Position numbers and translations under genes: made by a program. From Pirellulales bacterium (GTDB taxonomy: Bacteria > Planctomycetota > Planctomycetia > Pirellulales > PALSA-1355), in NCBI GenBank assembly GCA_963733035.1, contig CAVTBU010000005.1, positions 2,752,001 to 2,816,000 of the forward strand: 64,000 nucleotides of DNA. The letters run 5' to 3'. Positions 38,549-49,005 of this stretch are shown here, piece after piece. Numbering within the stretch: position 1 is the stretch's first letter; each line of letters starts with the position of its first letter. Under the pieces are notes generated by a model, which saw only the letters and a list, made by a program, of their open reading frames with translations, searched no databases and had not been told where the DNA came from.

Positions 38549-39904
38549 TCACTCGTGCGCGAATCCACGTCGAACTCTTTCCAGATCGCGTTTCAGCGAT
38601 TCGCTGACAGGCACCGCGTACGGTGGTTCCGCCGGCGACAGTTGCCGCAAGGAGACGGGAAGCCGCGCAAGTTGCTGTCGGCAATAGCGGCGCGACTCCT
38701 CCAATGAGACCGCCCCGGCACTCAGCCGCCTGCCATCGCGCATCACCGGCACCAGCAGCGGCTCACCGTCCAGCTTCTCGTCAAACCGCCCCAAGACATC
38801 CCCGGCCAACTCGCCTTCGCCGCAGGCGCGAAACACCTGTTTGCGGCCCGGATAGAGCACCTTGTGCGAGGAAAGCTTCATCCGAGGTTTTCCGGCGTAT
38901 TCCACGAGCTTGTAGGCCATGTCCAAATCCGGCGCGTCCGGCGAAACGGCCAGCCGCGTTCCCACGCCGAAGGCGTCGATCGGAGTGTCGTTGGCAATCA
39001 TCGCCGCGATGCGATCCTCGTCGAGCTCGCTGGAAGCAAAGATTCGCACGCCTCCCAGCCCCGCCTCGTCGAGCATCCGCCGCGAATCGACGGCCAACGC
39101 CGCCAGGTCGCCCGAGTCGAGTCGAATCGCATGCACCCGAAAGGAAGCGCCCAGCCGCTGACGCAACTCGATGACCTTTCGCACGCCGTCCAGGGTGTCG
39201 TACGTATCAACGAGCAGGGTCGTCTCGGGGAATTCGCGAGCGAACGCTGCAAACGCCGCCAACTCATCGTCGTGGGCTTGAATGTAACTATGCGCCATCG
39301 TGCCGAAGACGGGCATCCCGTAACGGCTGCCGGCCAGGACGTTTGACGTCCCCGCTGCGCCCACCAGCCAACTTGCCCGGGCCACTTTCAGCGCGGCGTC
39401 GCTGCCATGAGCGCGGCGGGAACCAAAATCGACGACCTCGCGCCCTCCGGCCGCGGCCATCAGCCGGGCGGCCTTCGACGCCACCACGCTTTGAAAGTGG
39501 ACTTGGTTGAGCACCATCGTCTCGATGATCTGCGCGTCGGCAATCGGCGCGATGATTTGCACGAGCGGTTCGTTGGCAAACACCACCGTTCCTTCCGGCA
39601 CCGCGTAGACGTCGCCGGTAAACTGAAATGCTCGTAGCCAATCGAGCAGCGGTTGGGAGAATATCCCGAGACGCTTCAAGTATTCGATCTCAACGTCGCT
39701 GACGTGCAGATGTTCCAAAGCATCCAGCACGTCGTCCAGCCCCGCGGCGACGATGTAGTTCCGTTCTTTGGGCAGCGTGCGAAAGAACAATTCGAACACG
39801 GCCGTTGACCGCATTCCCTCGGCCAAATAGGCCTGGGTCATCGTGAGTTGATAGAGATCGGTGAACAGCAGCGAGTGCAGCGGCTCGAAAGTGGATTCGG
39901 TCAT
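38549..39904 (-). CDS. pncB: Nicotinate phosphoribosyltransferase
   Basis: LFTDLYQLTM, DFGSRRAH, GTMAHSY, LVDTYD, IRLDSGDL, FGVGT, AYKLV. Confidence 0.95.
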   Translation of the reverse strand: MTESTFEPLHSLLFTDLYQLTMTQAYLAEGMRSTAVFELFFRTLPKERNYIVAAGLDDVLDALEHLHVSDVEIEYLKRLGIFSQPLLDWLRAFQFTGDVYAVPEGTVVFANEPLVQIIAPIADAQIIETMVLNQVHFQSVVASKAARLMAAAGGREVVDFGSRRAHGSDAALKVARASWLVGAAGTSNVLAGSRYGMPVFGTMAHSYIQAHDDELAAFAAFAREFPETTLLVDTYDTLDGVRKVIELRQRLGASFRVHAIRLDSGDLAALAVDSRRMLDEAGLGGVRIFASSELDEDRIAAMIANDTPIDAFGVGTRLAVSPDAPDLDMAYKLVEYAGKPRMKLSSHKVLYPGRKQVFRACGEGELAGDVLGRFDEKLDGEPLLVPVMRDGRRLSAGAVSLEESRRYCRQQLARLPVSLRQLSPAEPPYAVPVSESLKRDLERVRRGFAHE

Positions 39905-40473
39905 GGGGCTTCCCGTTCGATGATGGCGCCGGCTTCGGCCAGCTCCCGCAACACTGCCTCGGCTCGCGCTGGCTCCACGGCACGGGTCCCGTCGGCAATC
40001 ACGTGCACCTCGAAATTCGCCTCGAGCCCCTCCCACGCGGTGGCCCGCACGCAGTATTCGAGCGTCAATCCGCCGATCCAAAGTCGCGAGATGCCTCGGC
40101 CGCGCAGCACCTTATCGATGCCCAGGGGAATGAGCCCCGAATAGATGTCGCGGTCCAAATCCGTTCCCTTGCTGACCAGCAGATACTCCGCCGGCAATCG
40201 CAAGTCGGGATGAAACTCCGCGCCGGGTGTCTCTTGCACACAATGCGCCGGCCACGGGCCTCCGCGCTCGTGAAAGCTCACGTGTCCCGCGGGATGCCAA
40301 TCGCGCGAAGCCACGACCATCGCTCCGCCGCGCGACGCGGCGTCAATCCACCGATTAAGCACCGGCACCACCCCGTCGCCTTCGGTCACCGCCAACGCAC
40401 CACCACGGCAAAAATCGTTCTGCACGTCGACGAGGATGAGCGCATCGTGCGATGTGAGAGTTGGGATCGACAT
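39901..40473 (-). CDS. pncA: Nicotinamidase/pyrazinamidase
   Basis: LVDVQNDF, SRDWHP..H.SF, WPAHCVQ, SKG, EYCV; ATGA-coupled to pncB. Confidence 0.92.
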   Translation of the reverse strand: MSIPTLTSHDALILVDVQNDFCRGGALAVTEGDGVVPVLNRWIDAASRGGAMVVASRDWHPAGHVSFHERGGPWPAHCVQETPGAEFHPDLRLPAEYLLVSKGTDLDRDIYSGLIPLGIDKVLRGRGISRLWIGGLTLEYCVRATAWEGLEANFEVHVIADGTRAVEPARAEAVLRELAEAGAIIEREAP

Positions 40474-40574
40474 GAACGGACTAGTTTCCCGCAGGCGATC
40501 GCATGCGCAACAACAGTGCCGTATCATACCGTGTTCGGGGTTCATTCCCACGCGCGATCGTGTGTGGAAATCGC

Positions 40575-41971
40575 CTACCCGAACAACCCGCGAATCGGCT
40601 CACCCGCCGCCAGGCGGAACGGCCTGCCGGTCATGTCGTGCAGCTCGGTGGCCGGGTTGAGCCCGAAGCGGTTGAAGATCGTCGCCGCCAAATCACCGGG
40701 CGTCACCGCGTCGGTCTCGGGATAGGCCCCCAGCTTGTCGCTGGAGCCATACAGCAAGCCGCCACGCACGCCACCGCCGGCCAGCAAAATGCTGTAACAA
40801 TCCGGCCAATGGTCGCGGCCGCCGGCACCGTTGAGTTTGGGAGTGCGGCCGAATTCGCCGAGCATCACGACCAAGGTCGAGTCGAGCAGTCCGCGCTGAT
40901 GCAGATCTTCGACGAGTGCCGAGAATGCCAGGTCGCAAGGCGGCAGCAGGTCGTCTTTCAAGCGGCCAAAGTTGTTGTCGTGCGTGTCCCAATTGTTCGG
41001 GCCGTTGCGCACGCGGTCGTGCACGCTGACGAACCGCACGCCCGACTCGACCAACCGCCGGGCGAGCAGGGCGCTTTGCCCGTGCACGTTGCGGCCGTAG
41101 CGCTCGCGCGTACCCACGTTTTCCTGGTTGATGTCGAACGCGCGCCGCACGGCGTCGCTTCGCAGCAGGCTGAACGCGCGCTCGTAAAAGGTGTTCATCG
41201 TGCCCTGAGCCGGCGTCGGCTGCGCCGCTAGCCGGGCATTGACGTGCGAGAGCAACGCCTGGCGGTTTTCCAGCTCGCCGAGGGTCAAACCGGCCGGTAG
41301 TTCGATGGCCCCGACGCGAAACTGCGGCGAGTTCGGATCGCTCTCGACCTGTAACGGCTCATAAGCTGGGCCGAGGAACCCGGCCGTCTGGCCCGGCAGC
41401 TTGACGACGTTGTACATGACGTGCGGCAGGGCCACGTGCGGCGGCACACGTTCGGTGCGACCTTTTAGATACGTGACCGCCGACCCGTAACAAGGGAAGT
41501 CCGACGTGGGGTCGTTGGACAATAGCTCCAGGTCGCCCTTAAGCGGCGTCCGCCCGCATAAGGCCTCCACCGCGGCCGAGTTGTGGTTCCGCATCGTGTG
41601 GTGCATGCTCCGCACCACCGCCACATGGTGCATTACCTTGGCGATATGCGGCAAGTGTTCGCAAACGCGTGTTCCTGGCACGCTGGTGGCAATGCTGCCA
41701 AAGTCGCCGCGCACCTCGGCCGGTGCGTTCGGCTTCATGTCGAATGTATCGTGATGGCTCGGCCCGCCATAGTAGAACATCACGATGCACGACTTGATTT
41801 GCGCCGGTAGCCCGCCGGCACCTGGCGCGTTGGTGGCGGCAAGCGACTCGGCCTCGAGCAACTGAGCCAGATTGAGCCCCAGAAAACCAAGCCCCCCGCG
41901 CGCAGCAAATGCCGCCGCGAAAACTTGGGAGCAAACGAGTCAAACCGGCGGTGGGGAGTCGGGGCAGGCAT
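40575..41971 (-). CDS. DUF1501 domain protein; 1-nt frameshift at about 41895
   Basis: Tat-like SRRHLLRAGG leader, GGPSHHDTFDMKP, RYG..GQSALLARRLVESGVRFV, WDTH, GEFGRTP, GRDHW. Confidence 0.92.
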
Positions 41972-42117
41972 CGACGCATCCTCAGGCGAGAGGGTAGGGG
42001 GGGATTCGCCGCGGGACTGTTAGACTACCGCGCCGCAGGGTAGATGCCAAATGCTGGGCCGCGCAGGTTCCCGATGGCAATTCCCGGCCCGCCCGCTTGG
42101 CGGTCCAGCGGCCGAGC

Positions 42118-43851
42118 TCATACAGCGCGGCGTCGCTTCACGACCAGGCCCAACCCCGCCAGCCCCGCAATTGCCAACAGGTGCGTGCCCGGCTCGGGCA
42201 CCATCAGAAACACGTTGTCCTGCAGGTTGGTGACGCCGGTATCAAGGCGAATAATGTCGGCGAGTGAGATGCTCTCCAGCCAACTCAGTTCGTCTGCCGA
42301 GAGCGCCGCGTCGCGGGTAAACCAAAATCGGTCACCGTCTCGCAGGCGCGTAAACTGATCGATCAGCCCCAGGGCCACCAGCGGACCCACGGCCGCGCCG
42401 GCCAGCGGATCCTCGGACAACGCCCCCACCCAGGCGTCGATATGGTTGACGTCGCCATACAGCGAAGCCAACTCCTGCTGCAGCACAACGTCGCTGGTGA
42501 TGTCCGCAAAGCTCGACACGGGCGGCAAGCCATAGGCCTCGCGCATCGTGTTGTAGTCGGGCAGCCCATGATCTCGGCCGCGCTCGATGTTGAGCGTGGC
42601 CAGGTCGAAGCCCGCCCCGGGAAACGGATCGCCAAACAGGAAGTTGCGCACGTCGTCGACCATGTGAATGTCGATTTGCTGTTGCGCTTGCGAAGCGAGC
42701 CCCTTGAGCACGTACTCCAGCTCCGTGCCGTCGGGCAGGTTCGACGGTGTGAAAAACGCGTCGCGCAGGGCCAGGTCTCCGCCGGGTGCCGTCGTGCCGT
42801 CGTTCTGCACGCGGGCCAGATCGCTGGGCAGCATCGTGTGGCCAACGCGATACAGGGCCGTGGCAAACTCGTTCGCGATCGATGCGTTCACGTTCGGGTT
42901 GTAGACGCTATTAATTCCCGGAGCGAGATTGCCCAACAGCGCGGGCAGAAACTCCTGATACGTGATCGCCTGAATCTCGCCGCCGACCAGATGCCGGGCA
43001 TGCTGATAGATCTGTTCGTCGGTCCAGGCGGGGTTGGCCGCGGCAAGCTGATCGGCCAGCCGATTGTGCTCCCGCATGAACAGCGTTTGCACCGCCGTTA
43101 GCCCGGTCTGTTCGTTCACCCGAATATCACCGGCCAGGTGGTACGCGGCGTGGTTCGGATCGCCGTTGTCGGCGTTGGGCAGGCCGGCCGTGTTGTAGGG
43201 CAACATGTTGCCCGCACTGGTCTGCAGGTGTCCTCCACTGAACGTGCGGAGCGCCGCCGCTCGCGTCGCGTCGGAACCGTATACCACCGAGCCGTCCAAG
43301 TACGACGTATCGGAGTTGATCTGCTGGCGAGGATTACCGAGGCCGGTGCCGGTCAGCGGATCGTAATTCGAGCGCGTGAAGGGCATCATCACCGTGCCGG
43401 TGCTACCGGGGTCGAACGTCGGATCGCCCATCGGCATCGGCACGTCCATCGACTCGGCTGGATCCGTAATGTCGGTCAGGGTCGTGTCGTGGTCGACGAA
43501 CTGCCCCCACTGAAATACCCAATCGCTCAGCCCATAGCTGTTGGGCATTGAGGCCGACTGCGCAACGACCGTGTTGCTAATGACGCGCGCGTCGGGGCGA
43601 TCGGCTCCGGCGGGCGTCGAGACGCCGTCGCCATAGGCCGCCGGGGCGATCCGCAGCAGCTGCGTGCCGGCCTGACCCCAAGTGGGATTTGCCAGGTTGT
43701 TGCCCGAGCCGTCGACCGAACGGTCTTCGGCGTGCAGTCTGGCCGGCGTCGCCAGGGCGACCGCGACGAGAAACGGCAAGAAGATTCGTGCGACCGGCAA
43801 AGAAGTTCGTTGCCACGCGGGGGCGCCAACGAAGGGAAATCGGTTCGCCAT
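42118..43851 (-). CDS. Animal-type heme peroxidase (peroxidase-cyclooxygenase superfamily) with PEP-CTERM signal
   Basis: RSVDGSGNN, WGQFVDHD, TSYLDGS.VYG, AGDIRVNE, YRVGHT, NIERGRDHG, LRDGDRFW; C-terminal VPEPGT + TM + KRRR. Confidence 0.92.
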   Translation of the reverse strand: MANRFPFVGAPAWQRTSLPVARIFLPFLVAVALATPARLHAEDRSVDGSGNNLANPTWGQAGTQLLRIAPAAYGDGVSTPAGADRPDARVISNTVVAQSASMPNSYGLSDWVFQWGQFVDHDTTLTDITDPAESMDVPMPMGDPTFDPGSTGTVMMPFTRSNYDPLTGTGLGNPRQQINSDTSYLDGSVVYGSDATRAAALRTFSGGHLQTSAGNMLPYNTAGLPNADNGDPNHAAYHLAGDIRVNEQTGLTAVQTLFMREHNRLADQLAAANPAWTDEQIYQHARHLVGGEIQAITYQEFLPALLGNLAPGINSVYNPNVNASIANEFATALYRVGHTMLPSDLARVQNDGTTAPGGDLALRDAFFTPSNLPDGTELEYVLKGLASQAQQQIDIHMVDDVRNFLFGDPFPGAGFDLATLNIERGRDHGLPDYNTMREAYGLPPVSSFADITSDVVLQQELASLYGDVNHIDAWVGALSEDPLAGAAVGPLVALGLIDQFTRLRDGDRFWFTRDAALSADELSWLESISLADIIRLDTGVTNLQDNVFLMVPEPGTHLLAIAGLAGLGLVVKRRRAV

Positions 43852-44114
43852 GGATTTTTTAGAAAAGCCCGCTAAATTTTGTTTCCACCCTTCCATTAAA
43901 GCCAGGCAAACCTTGGCGGGCAATATGAAGGTGGCCAGAAATATTGGCGGACGCTCATACCGAGCCGCGCCCCCCCTCGTCGCGGTGATGCAGCATTCGC
44001 CAATTCGCGATTGGTGGGGAGATTTGCCCGGGGCGGAACTCGCTTTGCCGGATTTGAATACCGCGCATAAGCAAGGCCCGCGAAGACGGGGCTGCACGGG
44101 CCTTCCGAGCCGAG

Positions 44115-44189
44115 GGTGGCTAACCGGACTTGAACCGGCGACCTCTAGATCCACAATCTAGCGCTCTAACCAACTGAGCTACAGCCACC
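44115..44189 (-). tRNA. tRNA-His (GTG)
   Basis: GGTGGCTGTAGCTCAGTTGGTTAGAGCGCTAGATTGTGGATCTAGAGGTCGCCGGTTCAAGTCCGGTTAGCCACC folds as a cloverleaf with G-1:C73; CCA is not encoded. Confidence 0.96.
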
Positions 44190-44625
44190 ATGAGCGAGCA
44201 ACACCCATTATCGGGTTTGCCCGGGCAAAAGGAATAGGCCGGCTAGCGGTAACGGAGATAGCGTTGGCCTATATTTGCCCACCGCACCTAAATTACCACC
44301 CGCCTGCCGCGTGGCAAAGGGCTGTTCCCCAGGGCAGCAAATTGCGTCGAGTGGTTCAGCCGTCGCCTGGACGTGGAAGCAGAAGGTGTGTGGCCAGCAA
44401 AACCACGAATCCCAGGTCACGGTATGCAGCAACCCCGGGGATGACGGACGTGTAGAAATCTCGCGTCCAAGCGGCAAATCTGCGGGAAAATTGTCGTTGG
44501 AGTAACGTTCTGGTTTGACTTCAGCCCCGTAACGCCGTGCTAGATTTTCCCTACCGCAGGGGCTAAATTAAACGGTTTCCGGCCGCTTGGGCCGGCACCT
44601 CCGATTGTCGAAAGTGGGATGCCCG

Positions 44626-44973
44626 ATGGCGATCATCAAGTTCGTAAACGAAAAGAAGGAAATCCAGGTGCCCGATGGATCGAACCTCCGCAAGGAGGCC
44701 ATGCGGGCCGGCGTCGGCCTGTACCCTGGCATCAACAAGGTGCTCAACTGCCACGGCTTCGGCCACTGCGGAAGCTGCCGCGTCCTGGTCACCAAGGGCA
44801 TGGAGAACACCGGCGCCATGGGCTTCATGGAGCGGATGCGGCTCAAGTTCTCGATGGCCTATGTCGGCCACGAAGACACCATGCGGCTGGCCTGCCAGAC
44901 CGAGGTCAACGGCGACGTTGAAGTGCAGACGCAGCCTCCCCTGAACTGGTTCGGCGAGAACTTTTTTAGTTAA
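44626..44973 (+). CDS. 2Fe-2S ferredoxin
   Basis: NCHGFGHCGSCRV ... RLACQ. Confidence 0.9.
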   Translation: MAIIKFVNEKKEIQVPDGSNLRKEAMRAGVGLYPGINKVLNCHGFGHCGSCRVLVTKGMENTGAMGFMERMRLKFSMAYVGHEDTMRLACQTEVNGDVEVQTQPPLNWFGENFFS

Positions 44974-45132
44974 CACGCTGTGACGACGAAGGTAGCGGGA
45001 TGCGAAAAACCGCTTCCCGTCCTTCGGTCACCGTTCGCATTCTTTGACGAAATGGCGACCCGCTAACACGGAGGATGACGTGCTGGAAGAATAGGCTTTT
45101 CTCCTCCTTCATCCTGCTGGCTTCATCCTTCC

Positions 45133-45444
45133 ATGAAACAGATCATCGCCGTCGTCAAACCGTTCCTCGCCGAGAAGGTGCTCGAAAACCTCAAGCGGGC
45201 TCCGCTCGAAGCGTGCAGCGTCCGCGAGGTCAAAGGCTACGGGCGGCAAAAGAGCTATCTCGATCAGTACGGCGAGTCGGAGTATTCGCTGGCCTTTCTT
45301 CCCAAGGTGGAAATCACGCTCTGGGTCGACGACAGCCGCGCCGAGGAGGTCTACCGCAAGATCGTCGAGGTCGCCCGCACGGGCCGCATGGGCGACGGCA
45401 AGATCTTCGTCCTATCGACCGCCGAAACGGCCATCGACTTTTAG
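45133..45444 (+). CDS. P-II family signal transduction protein
   Basis: MKQIIAVVKPF, EVKGYGRQK, EY..FLPKVEI, ARTGRMGDGKIFV. Confidence 0.92.
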   Translation: MKQIIAVVKPFLAEKVLENLKRAPLEACSVREVKGYGRQKSYLDQYGESEYSLAFLPKVEITLWVDDSRAEEVYRKIVEVARTGRMGDGKIFVLSTAETAIDF

Positions 45445-45542
45445 GCACTTTGCGCCGCGCGATTGGTTCCGTTTCGCGGTCTCGCAGACGAACGCGCCGC
45501 CGCTGCACGTATTGCGGCGGTCAAATCCGCAACTGCTGAACC

Positions 45543-46160
45543 TCACTTGGGCCGGAATGCCTTCAGTCGGTGGGTCATGCCCAGATCTTCGAGCGGCCGA
45601 TCCTTGAAATGGTCGGCCGTCGCTGACTTCACGCTCTCGTAGTCGAAGTCGTGCATGGCCACGATGCCACCCGGCTTGAGCTTGGGAATATAGTCGCCAA
45701 GATCCGCCAGCGTTCCCTCGTAGCTGTGATCGCCATCGAGAAACAGCAAATCGACGGCCGGCACGTTGTCCTTGACGTCGTGCGCGTTGCCACGGTGGGG
45801 CGTGATCCAGGTCCAAAGTTGTTCGGTGTTCGCGAGGAATTGCGCCCAGGTATCTTGTGCGCGCTCGCCCGGCATGGCGTCGTTCTTCCAGGTATCGACC
45901 GCATGGACCTGACCTTGCCGCAGGCAGGCCGCGGCCGCCAGGAACGATGTGCTCGACCCCACGTAACTGCCAATCTCGCAGGCCACGAATCCTTCTTGCA
46001 GGGTCACCGCCAGGGTGAACAGCTTCATTCGCTCCTCGTAGCTCATGTGCGTGTCGATCATGAACAAGGGTTCGATCAACGGAACGACGTGTCCCTGAAC
46101 GAAGTCGCCGACGAGCAACCGCCGCTGAACCACGCGCACAAACTTGCGGAATTGCGTCAT
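45543..46160 (-). CDS. Class I SAM-dependent methyltransferase (Methyltransf_24-like)
   Basis: EIGSYVGSST, AVDTW, DLLFLDGDHSYE, LKPGGIVAMHD. Confidence 0.88.
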   Translation of the reverse strand: MTQFRKFVRVVQRRLLVGDFVQGHVVPLIEPLFMIDTHMSYEERMKLFTLAVTLQEGFVACEIGSYVGSSTSFLAAAACLRQGQVHAVDTWKNDAMPGERAQDTWAQFLANTEQLWTWITPHRGNAHDVKDNVPAVDLLFLDGDHSYEGTLADLGDYIPKLKPGGIVAMHDFDYESVKSATADHFKDRPLEDLGMTHRLKAFRPK

Positions 46161-46432
46161 GTTTGTTCCACCGATAGGTTGAGTCAGGAGAGTCCGTGAT
46201 TCATGTCTCTGAACAAGCCCCGTATAAATCGACCGGAGAGTGCGAGACGGCGGCCGTTGATGTGGGGACGGCTCTTCCGAAACGTGGCTGTTCGATCGTA
46301 GCTGCTTACTGGGTAAACATCAAATGTACCGGGTCAGGCCCCGACAAGACCCGCAATCACTGGCCCGAAACCGACGGTTGCTGTTGCCTGGTCTGGATTC
46401 GCCGGATCGAAGATCCAGGGCTTGCGCCGCCC

Positions 46433-47239
46433 TCAGTCGGCATACGATGAATCGACCGTCAGCACCTTGTGATCGGGGAATAGATCGGTCACGGCCTCTG
46501 AGAACGTTCTCGTTTCCACGTGGCCGTCGAGGTACAGATAGTTTGACACGCTGCCGTGGACGCCATCGGCAATCCAGGGGCCAAAGTTGTCGGTTCCCAG
46601 CCAGATGTCGAAGTCGTCTTGCCGCGGGTCATTGCCCGAGTCGGCGGTAAAGGCCCCGGCATTCCGCTCCGTGAACGAAATGAAGTGCGACGTGCCGACT
46701 TCGACGTCGAACTTCGTCAGCGTCCACAACCCGTAGCGCCGGGTCTTGTGACTCAGCAGTGAGTTCATCAGGTAGCTGGTGCGATTGACGATGCCGTCGA
46801 GTTGCCCACTGGCGTCGAGAAACGCCATCCGCTCCGACAGGTCGGAAGGGCAGCGGTAGATCATGTCGACGACGATGCCCTGCTTGGCGAGCGACTCGTC
46901 GGCCTCGTGTTGCCCGCCGATGAACGGCGTGAGCTTGTCCTCCCAATAGATTTCCGCGAAGGAATCCGACGCCATTTCCTGCGCGGTCACGTCGGCCTGG
47001 TACGGATGGTGCAGGAAGAAATGACTGTGGTTCACGTCGTAGTACTGCATCACGGCCATCGCGATCTGATGCAGGTTCGATTTGCACTGCGTGCTGCGTG
47101 CCGCCTCTCGCGCCGCCTGGATCGCCGGCAGCAGCAGAGCCACCAGCACGCCGATGATCGCAATCACGACCAGCACCTCCAGCAGCGTCAAGGCCGAGCG
47201 AATCTGTTGGTTGAGTCGCAGCCATTGCATCAGTCGCAT
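46433..47239 (-). CDS. DUF1559 / prepilin-type N-terminal cleavage protein
   Basis: [44 protein letters not shown], and H-X9-DG motif ([14 protein letters not shown]). Confidence 0.92.
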   Translation of the reverse strand: MRLMQWLRLNQQIRSALTLLEVLVVIAIIGVLVALLLPAIQAAREAARSTQCKSNLHQIAMAVMQYYDVNHSHFFLHHPYQADVTAQEMASDSFAEIYWEDKLTPFIGGQHEADESLAKQGIVVDMIYRCPSDLSERMAFLDASGQLDGIVNRTSYLMNSLLSHKTRRYGLWTLTKFDVEVGTSHFISFTERNAGAFTADSGNDPRQDDFDIWLGTDNFGPWIADGVHGSVSNYLYLDGHVETRTFSEAVTDLFPDHKVLTVDSSYAD

Positions 47240-47582
47240 CTCCAAATGAACATCGTGAGGCGGGCAGGTCCAAGCAGATCGCACCGAACGGGCATCAGGC
47301 GAGAGCCGTGTGAAGCGTCCTCACGATAACTCAAATCGACGATCCCAACCAGCGTCTGCCCACTCGCCGTTTAGCCGGGAGCCAACGGCGACCGCGTTTT
47401 AGGCTCGCTTCACGGATTCCAATTCGTTTGACACTTCCAACGCTTGTTCTTCAGGCTCCGTGTCCAGAATCGCTCGTGTCACTTCCATCAACGTCCATTG
47501 TGCTTCAACTGCGGCCCATCTTTCGTAATATGGACGATACGAAAAATATCAAAGCATGGCAGGTGTCATAGGAAATGCGGCA

Positions 47583-48287
47583 ATGCAAGTAATCGGGGCG
47601 GGGTTCGGACGAACGGGGACGATGTCGATGCAGGCGGCCCTCGAAACGCTCGGCTACCGCTGCTACCACATGAAGGAAGTACCCGAGCAGCCGGGCCACC
47701 TGCGGGCCTGGCACGATCTCGTCGCCGGCCGCGCGGCGATGGATTGGCAGACGCTGTTTCGAGATTTTGAGGCGACCGTCGATTTTCCCGCCTGCGTTTA
47801 CTATCAGGAATTGCTGCGAGAGTTTCCGGAGGCCAAAGTGGTCCTGACCGTGCGCGAGCCAGATCGTTGGTTCGACAGTTTCCTGACGTTGCAACGCACG
47901 ACCGACCGCTTCCGCATCTTCCGTTTCATTCCCAGAGCCCATCGTTTCATCAGCTTCGCCGATTTACTCTTGGGAAAAGTTTTCGACCAGCGTGAGCGCG
48001 ACCGCCAGTACAGCATCGAAGTCTTCAACCGGCACAACCAGCGAGTTAAAGAGCTCGTACCGCCGGATCGACTGCTCGTCTTCCGCGTGCAGCAGGGCTG
48101 GGAACCGCTTTGCCAGTTCCTGGGTTGTCCCGTGCCCGAGGGAACTCCCTTTCCCCACTTGAATGAAGGCAAAGACACGCTCGAAGCCCTCGCCCGCCAG
48201 CGCCTGTTTGGTCCCATTGTCCGCAAGTTGCAAATCGCGGCCGCCGCCGCGCTGCTGGTCGGGCTCATCTGGTGGTGGTTTCGTTGA
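47583..48287 (+). CDS. Sulfotransferase-family (P-loop) protein with C-terminal TM
   Basis: VIGAGFGRTGTMS..ALE.LGY.CYHM, VDFP, KVVLTVR, GWEPLC.FLG, PFPHLN. Confidence 0.88.
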   Translation: MQVIGAGFGRTGTMSMQAALETLGYRCYHMKEVPEQPGHLRAWHDLVAGRAAMDWQTLFRDFEATVDFPACVYYQELLREFPEAKVVLTVREPDRWFDSFLTLQRTTDRFRIFRFIPRAHRFISFADLLLGKVFDQRERDRQYSIEVFNRHNQRVKELVPPDRLLVFRVQQGWEPLCQFLGCPVPEGTPFPHLNEGKDTLEALARQRLFGPIVRKLQIAAAAALLVGLIWWWFR

Positions 48288-48702
48288 TCTGTCGCCGCGT
48301 TTTCCATGAGCGGCACGAAGTGGCGGCGAGCTCGGCGCACTGTTTTCAAATCGCGCTCAGGCGTTAAGCGAACTTCAAGCCCGAGCAAAATCTCGACCAA
48401 CAGACTCGGGAAACTGGCACGCTTAGCTGCTCAAGCACGTTGCGTTTGGGCTTGGCTCGACTTTTTCTGGCGGCTGATGTCGCAGAGCAGGTCGGAATGG
48501 ATGTTCAGACCGATATGCGCGAGGTTGTAAAAATGTTCATTTGCTACGAGCCATACGATTCTCGCAGTGGCTTCGCACGCATGTGAATTCGATCTCTGCA
48601 ATTCATGTCGTGATAGCGAGTTCCGTCGCCATGCCGCGCATGCCTTTGGTGCGTAGGAAGAAGCCCTCGCTTTCGCTCGGGTTCGTGGGCATGTGGATTC
48701 TA

Positions 48703-49005
48703 TCACCGACTGCATTCCCGCGTTTCACTTGGTTTCTTGAGTTGTTTCTCCAGGTTTTGCCTCGCGATTTCCTTCTCCAAGTAGAACCTGCGCAATTGCT
48801 CGACCAGTTGATGCTGAGCGGCGAGTCCTACCTCTTGGTCCCTGTTCACCTTGGCGCGAAGCCGTGCGGCTTCTGCTTCCAAGCGAACCCGACGCTGGTG
48901 CTCGCGGATGCCAAAGACGCACATCGGCACAAACAGCATTAGCCACAGCAAGCTGGCCAAGCGGAATTGATACCAACGGCGGCGGGGTGCGGTGGGCGGG
49001 CTCAT
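48703..49005 (-). CDS. Small hypothetical membrane/coiled-coil protein
   Basis: RRRWYQFRLASLLWLM N-terminus (a leader type I recall as common in Pirellulales), TM, then coiled coil. Confidence 0.65.
   Translation of the reverse strand: MSPPTAPRRRWYQFRLASLLWLMLFVPMCVFGIREHQRRVRLEAEAARLRAKVNRDQEVGLAAQHQLVEQLRRFYLEKEIARQNLEKQLKKPSETRECSR

Noticed and set aside
43852..44154. N-terminal extension of the peroxidase ORF
   Set aside because: It runs through tRNA-His and intergenic DNA; the signal peptide follows ATG 43851.
44115..44189. tRNA-His as integration site of an island
   Set aside because: No integrase and no duplicated tRNA 3' end seen in the window.
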